DNA of 64,000 nt from an uncultured Bacilli bacterium (GTDB lineage Bacteria > Bacillota_I > Bacilli_A > RF39 > UBA660), in the NCBI GenBank assembly GCA_934101495.1, contig CAKORG010000002.1:510-64509 (forward strand), written 5' to 3'. The position numbers were made by a program, and so were the translations under genes. Shown piece after piece: positions 35,987 to 46,125 of this stretch (within the stretch, counting starts at the first letter, position 1; every line of letters begins with the position of its first letter). The notes beneath the pieces were generated by a model that searched no databases, was not told where the DNA came from, and saw only the letters and a list, made by a program, of their open reading frames with translations.

Positions 35987-37597
35987 TTATTTTTTTCTTT
36001 TAAATTTATTTAATAATCTATCTCCGAGGAGTTTGTTAAGTAAGTCTTTATTCATTAAATAATAAAGTATTAAACAAATAAGACCTATAAATCCTAGAGC
36101 TAGTAACATATATAATTTGCCTGTAATATGATTAAATATAAGTGGCTTTATAATTAGACATATTGCTATTAATATTGCTATTGTTAATATAAGTTTGGGT
36201 ATTGATTTAACTGTTTCTTTATAACTAAAGTTGTATTTATGATGCAATGTATAAAGTGGGATTATTAATGATAATATATAACCAATTGTTGTTGCAAGTA
36301 TTGCTCCGTAGAATGGATATGTACCAAGTTTATTAAATAAAAATATTAATGGGATATCTAATATTGTTTTAGTAATTAGTCCAGTTCCACATGATATGTA
36401 AATTAGTTTGGTTTTTGATAAGCCTTGAAGAGCACTACATATCATTATGTAAGCTGAGTCTAATATGGCAAGTAATATTGTATATTTAAATATTAATGGA
36501 CCATAGAAGCTTTCACCATAAAATATTGTCCATACTTCTTTTGAAAAGATACTTAAGAATATTGAAAGTGGCAATATAACATATAAAAGTACTTGAAGTG
36601 TTTTGTTAAATTGTGAATTTACTTCTTTCATATCTTTTTTTGTGTAAGATTCAACTATTGTTGGGATTAAACTTATTACAAGTCCCGTTGCAATTGCTGT
36701 TACTACACTTACAAGTTTACTTCCCCAGGTGGTAAATACTGAGGATATTGTTTCAATGTCTGCGGCTGGGTAACCTATCCAATTTAATCCTTTAATAACT
36801 AATATCATATCAACAGTATTATAAATACTATTGGCAACGTTAATAACAATAAATGGAATGCAATAGCCAATTAGTTTTTTAAATATTGTTTTCTTTTCAT
36901 CTTTAGATACTTCTTCGTATGGAACAAATAAATCTTTTTTTACTTTATTTGTTTTAATAAGTAGGTAAAGATATGAAACTAAGGCTCCTGCACACGCTCC
37001 GAATACAGCGATACCTACGGCTTGTGCAGTTGATAAGTGAAATACTTTTAGTGCTAAGTAAGAACCAACTATAATTACTAGGACCCTTACAAATTGTTCA
37101 ATTACTTGCCCAATTGATGGTGCTGCAATGTAGTGATGGCCTTGTAAGTATCCTCTGAAAATACTTAATAGTGGTACAACTAAAATGGCAAATGATACAC
37201 ATCTGATTACAAATGCAACATCTGATACTGTGTTTCCTCCAGTTAAATCACCAACTATAGTATTTGCTATTAAATTTGCTCCGAAGAAACAAATACAAAA
37301 TGATACAATTGAGAATATTCTTATTATTTTTTGTGAATATTTAAACATGTAAGTTTTTTCTTTCATTTTGCCTAATGTATTATATTCACTGGTGATTTTA
37401 CTTATAGCAAGGGGAATACCTGCGGATGATATAATTAAAAAGAAATTGTATATATTGTAAGCATAACCATATAAGGAACCACCATTTTCACCGATTATAT
37501 TATAAAATGGAATTACATAAAGTACTCCGAGTATTTTAGATAAAATTATAGCTATAGTTGCTATCAACGCACCTTCGATAAATTCGTTTTTTTTCAA
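35987..37597 (-). CDS. MOP-superfamily flippase (MurJ/SpoVB/YtgP-like polysaccharide biosynthesis protein)
   Basis: 536 aa, about 14 TM helices. N-terminal GALIATIAIILSKILGVLYVIPF is typical of the family. Confidence 0.8.
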   Translation of the reverse strand: MKKNEFIEGALIATIAIILSKILGVLYVIPFYNIIGENGGSLYGYAYNIYNFFLIISSAGIPLAISKITSEYNTLGKMKEKTYMFKYSQKIIRIFSIVSFCICFFGANLIANTIVGDLTGGNTVSDVAFVIRCVSFAILVVPLLSIFRGYLQGHHYIAAPSIGQVIEQFVRVLVIIVGSYLALKVFHLSTAQAVGIAVFGACAGALVSYLYLLIKTNKVKKDLFVPYEEVSKDEKKTIFKKLIGYCIPFIVINVANSIYNTVDMILVIKGLNWIGYPAADIETISSVFTTWGSKLVSVVTAIATGLVISLIPTIVESYTKKDMKEVNSQFNKTLQVLLYVILPLSIFLSIFSKEVWTIFYGESFYGPLIFKYTILLAILDSAYIMICSALQGLSKTKLIYISCGTGLITKTILDIPLIFLFNKLGTYPFYGAILATTIGYILSLIIPLYTLHHKYNFSYKETVKSIPKLILTIAILIAICLIIKPLIFNHITGKLYMLLALGFIGLICLILYYLMNKDLLNKLLGDRLLNKFKRKK

Positions 37598-37737
37598 AAA
37601 ATATCATCTCCGTATGTAGTTATTATATTAAAATTATGTACTTGTTTCAAGTAAACATGAGTTAAATCCATGTAAATTACATAAATTTGGCATTTATTTG
37701 ATGCATAAATCATGGTATAATTATGATGGAGGACCAT

Positions 37738-38439
37738 ATGAAGTTTATAGAATTAAAAAATGTTAATAAAACTTATAAAAATGGAATTACTGCTGTGGCA
37801 GATATGACAGTTAGTGTAGCTAAGGGTGAATTTGTTTTTGTTATTGGTCTAACTGCAAGTGGTAAATCAACATTTATTAAGATGCTTTATAGAGAAGAAA
37901 AACCAACAAGTGGTACAGTTTTTGTTGGGGGGGTAAATGTTGGAAAACTTAGAAATGGAAAAGTTTATAAATTAAGAAGAAAAGTTGGTATTGTATTCCA
38001 GGATTTTAAATTATTACCTAGACTAACAGTATATGAAAATGTAGCATTTGCTTTGGAGTGTATTGGTATGAAAGGTTCTGAGATAAGGCCTCAGGTTTTG
38101 AGTGCTTTAGAAAGAGTTGGGCTTAAAGAAAAAGTACGTTCTTTTCCTGGGGAACTTTCTGGTGGGGAACAACAAAGAGTTTGTATTGCAAGAGCAATTG
38201 TTAATGAACCAAAATTATTAATTTGTGATGAACCAACGGGAAATTTAGACCCTGAAACTAGTAAAGAAATAATGAAAGTTATTGAGAATATTAATAAGGA
38301 ATTGGGAACTACTATAATTATGGCTACTCATGATAAAGATATTGTTAATAGAATGAAGAAAAGGGTACTAGTTATTAATCATGGTGTTTTGACTCATGAT
38401 TATGCGAAAGGAAGTTATAAGACAAATGAGAGCATGTAG
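37738..38439 (+). CDS. ftsE: cell division ATP-binding protein FtsE
   Basis: Degenerate Walker A GLTASGKST, LSGGEQQRVCIARA, LICDEPTGNLD. Followed by ftsX. GGAGG precedes ATG 37738. Confidence 0.9.
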   Translation: MKFIELKNVNKTYKNGITAVADMTVSVAKGEFVFVIGLTASGKSTFIKMLYREEKPTSGTVFVGGVNVGKLRNGKVYKLRRKVGIVFQDFKLLPRLTVYENVAFALECIGMKGSEIRPQVLSALERVGLKEKVRSFPGELSGGEQQRVCIARAIVNEPKLLICDEPTGNLDPETSKEIMKVIENINKELGTTIIMATHDKDIVNRMKKRVLVINHGVLTHDYAKGSYKTNESM

Positions 38440-39319
38440 AATATTTTTTAGAAGTATAAGAGATGCTTTCAAGAGCGTCGTTAGAAATTTTTCTTTGAGT
38501 TTTGCATCCATTATGTGTACAACAATTACTCTTATTTTGGTGGCTGTTGCTATTGTGGCTGCTGCTAATGTTCAAAATGCAACTAAGTTAATTGAAGATG
38601 AACTTACAATTGTTACATATCTTAAAAAGGATGTAACTGAAGACCAAATTGAAAATATTAAAACTGAGTTGAAAAGTTATAAATACATTGATGAAGTGGA
38701 ATTTAAAAGCAAAGATGAATGGAAGCTTGAAATGAGTAATTATGATGACTCATTTAAGACAGTTCTGGATTATTTGGATGAAAATCCTTTGAAAGACTCT
38801 TTTGTTTTGAAGGTAAATAATGTTAAAAAATTAAGCGAAACAAGTGAATATGTTAAGGCCATAACTGGAGTTGATACTGTTAAGTATGGTGAAGGTATGG
38901 TTGAACAAGTAATATCTGTATTTGATGTTGTTCAAAAAATTGTTGTAGTTGTTGTAATAGCTTTAATTTTAGTAACAGGTTTTTTAATTAGTAATACGAT
39001 TAAACTTACAATATTTAGTAGAAGAAGTGAAATTGAAATTATGAGGCTAGTTGGTGCTAGTAATATTTCTATTAAACTACCTTTCTTATTTGAAGGGTTA
39101 ATTATTGGCTTGATTGGTTCTGTTATTCCAATATGTGTTACCATTTATGGATATGTTATTCTTTATTCAAGACTTCATGGTAAATTATTTTCAAATATGA
39201 TTATGCTTATTAAGCCTTATCCATTTGTGTTCTATGTATCATTTATTGTAGTTGCAATTGGTGCTTTGGTTGGTATGTATGGCAGTATTAAAGCTGTTAG
39301 AAAGTATTTGAAGGTGTAA
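38426..39319 (+). CDS. ftsX: cell division permease FtsX
   Basis: Four TM helices with an extracellular domain between TM1 and TM2. EIEIMRLVGAS motif. The start overlaps the ftsE end. Confidence 0.88.
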   Translation: MRACRIFFRSIRDAFKSVVRNFSLSFASIMCTTITLILVAVAIVAAANVQNATKLIEDELTIVTYLKKDVTEDQIENIKTELKSYKYIDEVEFKSKDEWKLEMSNYDDSFKTVLDYLDENPLKDSFVLKVNNVKKLSETSEYVKAITGVDTVKYGEGMVEQVISVFDVVQKIVVVVVIALILVTGFLISNTIKLTIFSRRSEIEIMRLVGASNISIKLPFLFEGLIIGLIGSVIPICVTIYGYVILYSRLHGKLFSNMIMLIKPYPFVFYVSFIVVAIGALVGMYGSIKAVRKYLKV

Positions 39320-39321
39320 CT

Positions 39322-40560
39322 ATGTGTGTAAAAAAAATAAGTGGATATTTTGTTAGATATATTTTAGCAATATTTATATTTGTATCTTGTTTTGTATTTA
39401 AACCAGCGGATACATATGCAAAAGCAAATACTTTTGGAGAGTTAAAACAAGAACTTGCAGATTTAAAAGCTAAACAACGAGCTAATAATAATAAAAAGAA
39501 TTTGACTAAAAACCAAATTGCATCTAAGAATAATGATATTAATAATGCAGAAAAAGAGATTGATAGTGGAAGACAAAAGATTGAAGACGCTAAACAATTA
39601 ATTAAAGATACTCAGGTAAAGATACAAGAACTTGAAGATAAAACTAATCAGTTAATGGAAGCATATCAAGTTATGATGAGCAATAATTCATATATCGAAT
39701 TTGTTACTAGTTCTTCATCAATGACAGATTTAATCATGAGAATTGATGCTGTTAAAGAGTTATCAAATTATAATAAAGAAAAATTAACTGAATTTGAGGA
39801 ATTAATTAATACTAATAAACAAACTCAAGTTGATTTAGCTAATTATGAAAAAACTTTGGAAGCTAATATAGAAACCTATAAAAATAATATTCAATCTCTT
39901 CAAAATGATTTAGCAAGTCTTAATGAAATTGGAATGGACTTAGTTGATGAGATTAATTCTAAACAACAACTTGTTGACTATTATAATAAAATAGGTTGTA
40001 AAAGTGAACAAACTTTAGAGGATTGTTCTAGAATTGCTGGTAATGATGCGTGGCTTAAACCTTTAAATAAAGGTAGGGTTAATAGTAAATTTGGACAAAG
40101 AATTGACCCAATTAGTGGCAAGCTTAAAATACATAAAGCTGTTGATTTAGGTGGTAATGCAGAAGGTACAAATGTGTATTCTATCGGTAATGGTGTTGTT
40201 GTTGGCATTGTTGATGCTAAAAAAACCATGGCTAGAACTGGTAGAAAAGTATGTGGTGGTAATCAAGTTTATATTCAATACGTTATTAAGGGTCAATATT
40301 ATACTATTTTGTATGCTCATTTGCTTACTTTAAATGTTTCAGTATCTCAGAAAGTAACTTCGGAAACTGTAATTGGAAAACAAGGCGGAGGTACACAAAC
40401 TAGATCTTGGGAAAGCTGTTCAACTGGCACACATTTGCATTTTCAAGTAAGTAAACATCAATACGAAGGTTATAATACATTTATGGCTTATAGTATCGTG
40501 CCACCAGGATATCCGGGAGGTGGAGGCTGGTTCTATTCAAGGACTCAGTACTTTAATTAA
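39322..40560 (+). CDS. coiled-coil M23 peptidase (PcsB/EnvC-like, FtsEX-associated murein hydrolase)
   Basis: Signal/anchor sequence, a long coiled coil, and a C-terminal M23 domain (HKAVDL...ILYAHL...GTHLHFQV). Confidence 0.85.
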   Translation: MCVKKISGYFVRYILAIFIFVSCFVFKPADTYAKANTFGELKQELADLKAKQRANNNKKNLTKNQIASKNNDINNAEKEIDSGRQKIEDAKQLIKDTQVKIQELEDKTNQLMEAYQVMMSNNSYIEFVTSSSSMTDLIMRIDAVKELSNYNKEKLTEFEELINTNKQTQVDLANYEKTLEANIETYKNNIQSLQNDLASLNEIGMDLVDEINSKQQLVDYYNKIGCKSEQTLEDCSRIAGNDAWLKPLNKGRVNSKFGQRIDPISGKLKIHKAVDLGGNAEGTNVYSIGNGVVVGIVDAKKTMARTGRKVCGGNQVYIQYVIKGQYYTILYAHLLTLNVSVSQKVTSETVIGKQGGGTQTRSWESCSTGTHLHFQVSKHQYEGYNTFMAYSIVPPGYPGGGGWFYSRTQYFN

Positions 40561-40561
40561 T

Positions 40562-41059
40562 ATGAAGATAGATATATTAGTTGTTGGTTCTTTGCAAGAA
40601 AATTGTTATATTGTAACTATTGGAAATAATTCTTTTATTGTTGATCCAGGTGATGAAGCAGAAAGAATAATTAGCGCTTGTAAAGATAAAAATATAAAGG
40701 AAATACTTGTTACTCATCATCATTTTGACCATGTTGGAGCTTTAAAAAAGGTTGAAGAATATTTTGGATTAAAAGAAAATGTTAAAAGTGGTTTATTTGA
40801 TTATGAAGTAATTAAAACACCGGGACATACGGATGATAGTTTGACTTATTATTTTTCAAATGAAAAAGTAATGTTTACTGGTGATTTTCTCTTTTATCAT
40901 ACAATTGGTAGATGTGATTTGCCAACTGGTAGTGAAGAAGATATGGTAAAAAGTCTTGAACTAATAAGTAAGTATCCAGATAATATAGAAATATATCCTG
41001 GACATGGGCCTAAGACAAGTTTAGGTAAAGAAAAACAAAACTTTAAATATTATTTTTGA
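40562..41059 (+). CDS. MBL-fold metallo-hydrolase (glyoxalase II-like)
   Basis: VTHHHFDHVGA, TPGHTDDS, GHG. Confidence 0.85.
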   Translation: MKIDILVVGSLQENCYIVTIGNNSFIVDPGDEAERIISACKDKNIKEILVTHHHFDHVGALKKVEEYFGLKENVKSGLFDYEVIKTPGHTDDSLTYYFSNEKVMFTGDFLFYHTIGRCDLPTGSEEDMVKSLELISKYPDNIEIYPGHGPKTSLGKEKQNFKYYF

Positions 41060-41155
41060 ATATGTAAAAGGCACGCTGTGTCTTTTTTAGTGTTGTCATC
41101 TATATCTTTTTGTGATATCATTATTTTAGAAATAAATAGGAAAAGGTGAAAATGA

Positions 41156-41800
41156 GTGAAGAAAAATGTTAATTTTAAAGTTATTCAAATATGTTTGTTA
41201 ATTGTGATGATAGTATTGCTTTTAATGTTGTGTTTTATGAACTTAAAATATAAAAGAAATGAAAATATAGATGGTACATCAAAGTTGTGGGATATATATG
41301 ATTTAAATTTAACTGAAATGAAATATAATCTTGATAAAACGATGGATAAACCGAAGGAAAATGTCACTTGTGGTAATTTAAAAGGAATAACATTAAAAAA
41401 TGACTCTTATGAAGCTTTGCTCAATAATTTAGGTTGTTATATTACTTTATATTATTATGGATTAATTGAATATAATGAAACATATCATAATTCTATAGCT
41501 GATTATAGAAATAAGCATGAAGTTACAAAAAAAGATATTTTGAATTTAAATCAGGATTTGAAAAGTGATACAAGTTTATACTCTAATTTAAAAGGTATGT
41601 TAACGTTAAAAATTGATAAGGAAGATTCTGGAAAAGATTTATATAATGTTGTATCTGAATTTATTGATAAATTTGATGGTGTATTTTATGATAGTAATAA
41701 AACATATCAAGAAATTTTTTCATATAAACTTGCTGAAATTTCTTATGTTACTTATTTGTCTGATTGGTTAAAAAATGAATATTATAATTTAGTGAAATAA
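41156..41800 (+). CDS. hypothetical membrane-anchored protein
   Basis: N-terminal TM helix (ICLLIVMIVLLLMLCFM), no recognised domain. GTG start after AAAGGTGA. Confidence 0.5.
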   Translation: MKKNVNFKVIQICLLIVMIVLLLMLCFMNLKYKRNENIDGTSKLWDIYDLNLTEMKYNLDKTMDKPKENVTCGNLKGITLKNDSYEALLNNLGCYITLYYYGLIEYNETYHNSIADYRNKHEVTKKDILNLNQDLKSDTSLYSNLKGMLTLKIDKEDSGKDLYNVVSEFIDKFDGVFYDSNKTYQEIFSYKLAEISYVTYLSDWLKNEYYNLVK

Positions 41801-41809
41801 TAAAAAATA

Positions 41810-41840
41810 CCTCTGCAAAATTGATTGCTGCAGAGGTTTT
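41810..41840 (+). terminator. intrinsic terminator
   Basis: CCTCTGCA-n11-TGCAGAGG hairpin followed by TTTT. Confidence 0.7.
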
Positions 41841-41932
41841 AAAATAGCTGAAAAGTCGAGTTATCGACAAAAAATTCCAGTAAATGTAGTAAAATATGTC
41901 GATAACTGACAATTTCTCGATAGTTTGTTTTT

Positions 41933-42301
41933 TTAGTATGTTTTTTCTGAGAAACTGTGAGAATAGATAATTGGTTCCATGAACTCAACATAGTTTAAAT
42001 AAATTATTCTAATTAAGTACCAAATATTATTTGTGTTATCTCTGATTATAAGATGATCTCTGCCTGCTTCTTCAATTATACCTTCATATACCTTGTTTTG
42101 CCATGCGCTACTGTCTGGGTAAGAAACATAAGCTTTAATCTTTCTTCCTTTGTTAAGTCTTAGAATATTTTCTATATAACTCTGTTCTTCTGGCAATTTA
42201 TTATTTACCTCAGTTACTGACATATTTCCTGGTGGAGTTTGAAAACTTTGACTAGGAAATGTTGGATTTTGATAGAAATTACCATTCATTTTTAAATTCA
42301 C
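41933..42301 (-). CDS. gerQ: spore coat protein GerQ
   Basis: EQSYIENILRLNKGRKIKAYV...YEGIIEEAGRDHLIIRD...YLNYVEF matches GerQ (YwdL). Confidence 0.8.
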   Translation of the reverse strand: MNLKMNGNFYQNPTFPSQSFQTPPGNMSVTEVNNKLPEEQSYIENILRLNKGRKIKAYVSYPDSSAWQNKVYEGIIEEAGRDHLIIRDNTNNIWYLIRIIYLNYVEFMEPIIYSHSFSEKTY

Positions 42302-42388
42302 CTCTAAAACAATATATGTTTTTTAATATTAATAATTGCTAAAAAGTTAATAATCGTTTATAATTAATATAGAAAAGTGGTTGAAGAA

Positions 42389-43264
42389 ATGGAAAAGATA
42401 AATTATAAAGAAATTATATTTGACGGATGTTCTTTGGTTTTTGGATTATTCTTTTATGCTCTTTGTTTTAATTTGTTTTTAACTCCGAATGATTTAGTTG
42501 TATCTGGTTTTAGTGGTATTGCTATTGTTATGCAAAAATTATTTGGGTGGACACCATCAATATTTTTGTTATGTGCCAATGTGATTTTACTTATTATTTG
42601 TTATATATTTTTAGGATGGAGTACAACAAAGAAAAATATTGTGGGTTCATTATTGTACCCATTAATGGTTACAATTTCTCTCCCTATGGCAACTTTCTTA
42701 AGTAAGTATCTTATAACTGAGGATTTTTATTTAACTTTGTTATTTGCATTAATTTTATATGGCGTAAGTAGTGGGTTTATTTATAGAAGTGGATTTACTG
42801 CGGGTGGTTCTGATATTATAATGCAAATTATTAATAAGTATTGTAAAGTTAGTGAATCAAAAGCAATGATATTTGCTAATGGTTTAATTATTGTTTCAGG
42901 TATGTTTGTATTTGGGTTTACTAAAGGTGTTTATTCATTTATTATTTTGTATTGTTCAACATTCTTTGTTGATAAAATTATGTTTGGTATTTCTGATAGT
43001 AAGTTATTTTATATTTACACTAGAAAAACTAGAAAAATAAAGAAATTAATTTTAGAAGAATTTCAAACTGGCTTTACTACAATACCTGGTACTGGTGGAT
43101 ATTCACATAAAAATGGAATTATGATTATGTGTGCCGTTTCTAATAATGATTATTATAATTTAAAAAAAAGAATTTTAGAAATAGATCCTAGTGCTTTTAT
43201 GATTATTGATAAATGTTATGAAGTTAATGGAGGAGTTAAACGAAGTAATATTCCATTTTTGTAA
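42389..43264 (+). CDS. YitT-family membrane protein (DUF2179 C-domain)
   Basis: Polytopic N-terminal part with GFTAGGSDI, and C-terminal GFTTIPGTGGYS...IIDKCYEVNG. Confidence 0.85.
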   Translation: MEKINYKEIIFDGCSLVFGLFFYALCFNLFLTPNDLVVSGFSGIAIVMQKLFGWTPSIFLLCANVILLIICYIFLGWSTTKKNIVGSLLYPLMVTISLPMATFLSKYLITEDFYLTLLFALILYGVSSGFIYRSGFTAGGSDIIMQIINKYCKVSESKAMIFANGLIIVSGMFVFGFTKGVYSFIILYCSTFFVDKIMFGISDSKLFYIYTRKTRKIKKLILEEFQTGFTTIPGTGGYSHKNGIMIMCAVSNNDYYNLKKRILEIDPSAFMIIDKCYEVNGGVKRSNIPFL

Positions 43265-43295
43265 TATTTGTGATATAGTAATTACGTGATTAATT

Positions 43296-44252
43296 ATGAA
43301 AAAAATTGTTATATTTGGTGGAGGAAGTGGTCTTTCTCAACTTTTAAAAGGTATTAAACTTTTTCCCGTAGAAATAACTGCGGTTGTTTCTGTTGCAGAT
43401 AATGGGGGAAGTACAGGGTTACTTAGAAGGGAACTTAATATTCCAGCAGTTGGTGATATTACAAAAGTTATGCTTAGTATGGCTGATACTAATCAAGATA
43501 TAATTGATTTAATGAACTATAGATTTACCAAGTCTAAATCTTTAAAAATTCATTCTGTTAAAAACCTGCTTTTAATTGCTCTAATGGATTTGAAAGGTAG
43601 TTTTGCTGATGCTATGCCTGTTATGGAAAAGTTACTTGATGTTAGGGGTAATGTTTTGCCTTTAACTGAAGATAATGTTAATTTGGTTGGTATTACTTCG
43701 AGTGGTAAAAAAGTTTGTGGAGAACATCAACTTACAGAATGTGCAAATAAAATTGTAGAAGTTAAATATGATAAGGAAATTGAGGTTAATCCTAAGGTTA
43801 TTCGTGCAGTTGAAGAAGCGGATTTGATTATTTTTTCATCTGGTAGTTTACTTACAAGTATTGTGCCACATTTAATTAATAAAAAGTTAGTTCATACAAT
43901 TAATAAAGCTAAGGCTGATAAGGTATATATTTGTAATTTGTTTACTCAACCTGGAGAAACTGATGATTTTACTGTAAAAGATCATATTGATTATTTGGAA
44001 AAATATTTAGGTAAAGGTAGTATAGATGTTGTTATTGCTAATAATGAAGTTATTAATAGTGATTTAGCTAATAAATATGCTACCGAAGAACAAAAAGATC
44101 CAGTTATTTTGGATATACATGAACTTGATAAAAGTAATATTTATGTTATTTCTGATAAACTTTTTACTATTGAAGACGGCTGGTATAGACATGATGCACT
44201 CAAAACTGGATATTTGTTATTCTCATACTTAATGGATGGTAAAAGAAAATGA
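43296..44252 (+). CDS. yvcK: gluconeogenesis factor YvcK (CofD-like)
   Basis: IVIFGGGSGLSQLLKG, VADNGGSTG, GDITKV. Followed by whiA. Confidence 0.92.
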   Translation: MKKIVIFGGGSGLSQLLKGIKLFPVEITAVVSVADNGGSTGLLRRELNIPAVGDITKVMLSMADTNQDIIDLMNYRFTKSKSLKIHSVKNLLLIALMDLKGSFADAMPVMEKLLDVRGNVLPLTEDNVNLVGITSSGKKVCGEHQLTECANKIVEVKYDKEIEVNPKVIRAVEEADLIIFSSGSLLTSIVPHLINKKLVHTINKAKADKVYICNLFTQPGETDDFTVKDHIDYLEKYLGKGSIDVVIANNEVINSDLANKYATEEQKDPVILDIHELDKSNIYVISDKLFTIEDGWYRHDALKTGYLLFSYLMDGKRK

Positions 44253-45175
44253 CGTTTACTACGAGTTTAAAAGAAGAAATAACTAAAAATGATATAAATT
44301 CTATGGAAGCTAGATATGAGTTAATGGCATTTTTAAATAGTGTTGCTAAGTTTAATAAAGAAGAAATAAGTATTACCTTAGAAAATGCTAGTATAGCTAG
44401 AAGAATTTATAAAGAAATAAAAGAAATATATGATGTTAATCCAAGTATTGTTATAAGATTGCAAAAAAGATTTAAAGTAAAACAAATATATATTCTTAAT
44501 ATAAAAGAAAGAATAGATTTTATTAAAAAGGATATAAGTGTTGGAATAAAAATAGAAGTTGATGATTTAGTTAGTGATGAAGAAAAAATAGCTTTTTTGG
44601 AAGGCGCTTTTCTTGCAGTTGGGAATGTTTCTAATCCAAGCACAAGTGGTTATCATTTGGAATTTATTTTTACTAAGGAAAGATTAGCTAAACAAGTTCT
44701 TAATTTACTTATATATTTTAAACTTAATGCTAAGCTTATTAAAAGAGGTTATAAAACTGTGGTATATATTAAGGCTAGTGAAGATATAAGTGATTTAATA
44801 AAAAGATTTAAAGCCACTAATTCATTATTTTATTTTGAGGATATAAGAATATATAGAGATCATAAAAATATGGTTAATAGATTAAATAATTGTGAAATTG
44901 CTAATCAAGAAAAGACTTTTAGAACAGGGCAAATGCAACTAGAAAATATTAATTATTTAAAGACACATGATTTGTTTAATTTGCTTGAGGAAAATACTCG
45001 AATTGTTGCAGATGCAAGAGTAAAGTATCCTGAAGTTTCCATGCAAGAACTTGCAGATATAATAACGCTTGAAAATGGTTATAAAATAGGTAAATCTGGT
45101 GTTAATCATCATTTTATTAAGATAAAAACCCTAGTTAAAAGACATAAAGAAAGAAGTGAAGAAAATGATAGTTAG
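44249..45175 (+). CDS. whiA: DNA-binding protein WhiA
   Basis: FTTSLKEEI N-terminus, LAGLIDADG-derived domains, C-terminal HTH (MQELADII...KSGVNHHF). Confidence 0.92.
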   Translation: MTFTTSLKEEITKNDINSMEARYELMAFLNSVAKFNKEEISITLENASIARRIYKEIKEIYDVNPSIVIRLQKRFKVKQIYILNIKERIDFIKKDISVGIKIEVDDLVSDEEKIAFLEGAFLAVGNVSNPSTSGYHLEFIFTKERLAKQVLNLLIYFKLNAKLIKRGYKTVVYIKASEDISDLIKRFKATNSLFYFEDIRIYRDHKNMVNRLNNCEIANQEKTFRTGQMQLENINYLKTHDLFNLLEENTRIVADARVKYPEVSMQELADIITLENGYKIGKSGVNHHFIKIKTLVKRHKERSEENDS

Positions 45176-45662
45176 ACTTGCTGCAGATATTCAGCCTGAT
45201 AGTATTTTGGATGGTTCTGGTATTAGAACGGTTATTTGGTTTCAAGGTTGTTTACATAACTGTGAAGGATGCCAAAATCCTGAAACTCATGATATGTTTG
45301 GTGGGTTTGAAATCGATACTAAAGATATTTGTGAAAAACTAAAAAATTTAAAATATCAAACTGGTATTACATTATCTGGTGGGGATCCATTTTTTCAAGC
45401 TAATGGAGCTTTGGAAATAGCTAAGTTTGCTAAAAGTATTGGACTTAATGTTTGGGCTTATACAGGCTTTACTTATGAAGCTTTACTTGCTGGTGATAAG
45501 GATAGGTTAGAACTTTTAAAAAATGTTGATGTTTTAGTAGATGGTAAATTTGTACTTGCCAAAAAGAGTTTAAATTGTAAGTTTAGAGGAAGTGCTAATC
45601 AAAGACTTATCGATGTGAAAAAAAGTATGGAAGAAGGAGATATTGTTTTATATGGAGTTTAG
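45156..45662 (+). CDS. nrdG: anaerobic ribonucleoside-triphosphate reductase activating protein
   Basis: DGSGIRTVIWFQGCLHNCEGCQNPETH (radical SAM CxxxCxxC), LSGGDPF. Start possibly at 45165. Confidence 0.88.
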   Translation: MKKMIVRLAADIQPDSILDGSGIRTVIWFQGCLHNCEGCQNPETHDMFGGFEIDTKDICEKLKNLKYQTGITLSGGDPFFQANGALEIAKFAKSIGLNVWAYTGFTYEALLAGDKDRLELLKNVDVLVDGKFVLAKKSLNCKFRGSANQRLIDVKKSMEEGDIVLYGV

Positions 45663-46125
45663 TGATAATGTAAATTATGTTGTGCTTTCAAATAATGCTG
45701 ATAAAAAGTTTATGTCTAAGTTTGGGATATATCAAATAATTGATGTTTTACCCTTTGAAAAACTAAAAAATAATTTAGAAATGTTTCCAAGTAAAAGGGT
45801 AATATTTAATGAAAGTTTGAGCTCATTAAGTAATAAAGAGAAAGAAGAAATATTTGATTTATTAGATAAACAAAATATTAATTATGTGAGTGTTACTAGT
45901 AATATAGAGGATGCTTTATTTGGTGACTATATAATTGTGTATGATGAAGATATGAAGGTTCTTGAAGGTAATAAAGAAATGGTTTTAAAGAATGAAAAAT
46001 TACTAAAAAAATTAGGCTTTGGTGTACCATTTGTCGTTGATTTATCTATTCAACTTATGTATTATGATATTTTAGATAGAGTTTATTTTGATGTTGATAA
46101 CTTGTTGGAGGCTTTATGGAATTAA
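45643..46125 (+). CDS. degenerate EcfA-like (ABC ATPase-derived) protein lacking nucleotide-binding motifs
   Basis: The C-terminal part aligns by eye with the EcfA C-terminus (..VTSNIEDALFGDYIIVYDEDMKVLEGNKEMV...LKKLGFGVPFVVDL). No Walker A, signature or Walker B motif. Confidence 0.5.
   Translation: MFYMEFSDNVNYVVLSNNADKKFMSKFGIYQIIDVLPFEKLKNNLEMFPSKRVIFNESLSSLSNKEKEEIFDLLDKQNINYVSVTSNIEDALFGDYIIVYDEDMKVLEGNKEMVLKNEKLLKKLGFGVPFVVDLSIQLMYYDILDRVYFDVDNLLEALWN

Noticed and set aside
41859-41907. An 11-bp inverted repeat, AGTTATCGACA-n27-TGTCGATAACT, between the convergent genes at 41156-41800 and gerQ. It is also one mismatch from a DnaA box.
   Set aside because: It is a single occurrence with a long loop in a terminator region. 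It is most simply a weak terminator or structural element for gerQ, and there is not enough evidence for a regulatory or DnaA role.
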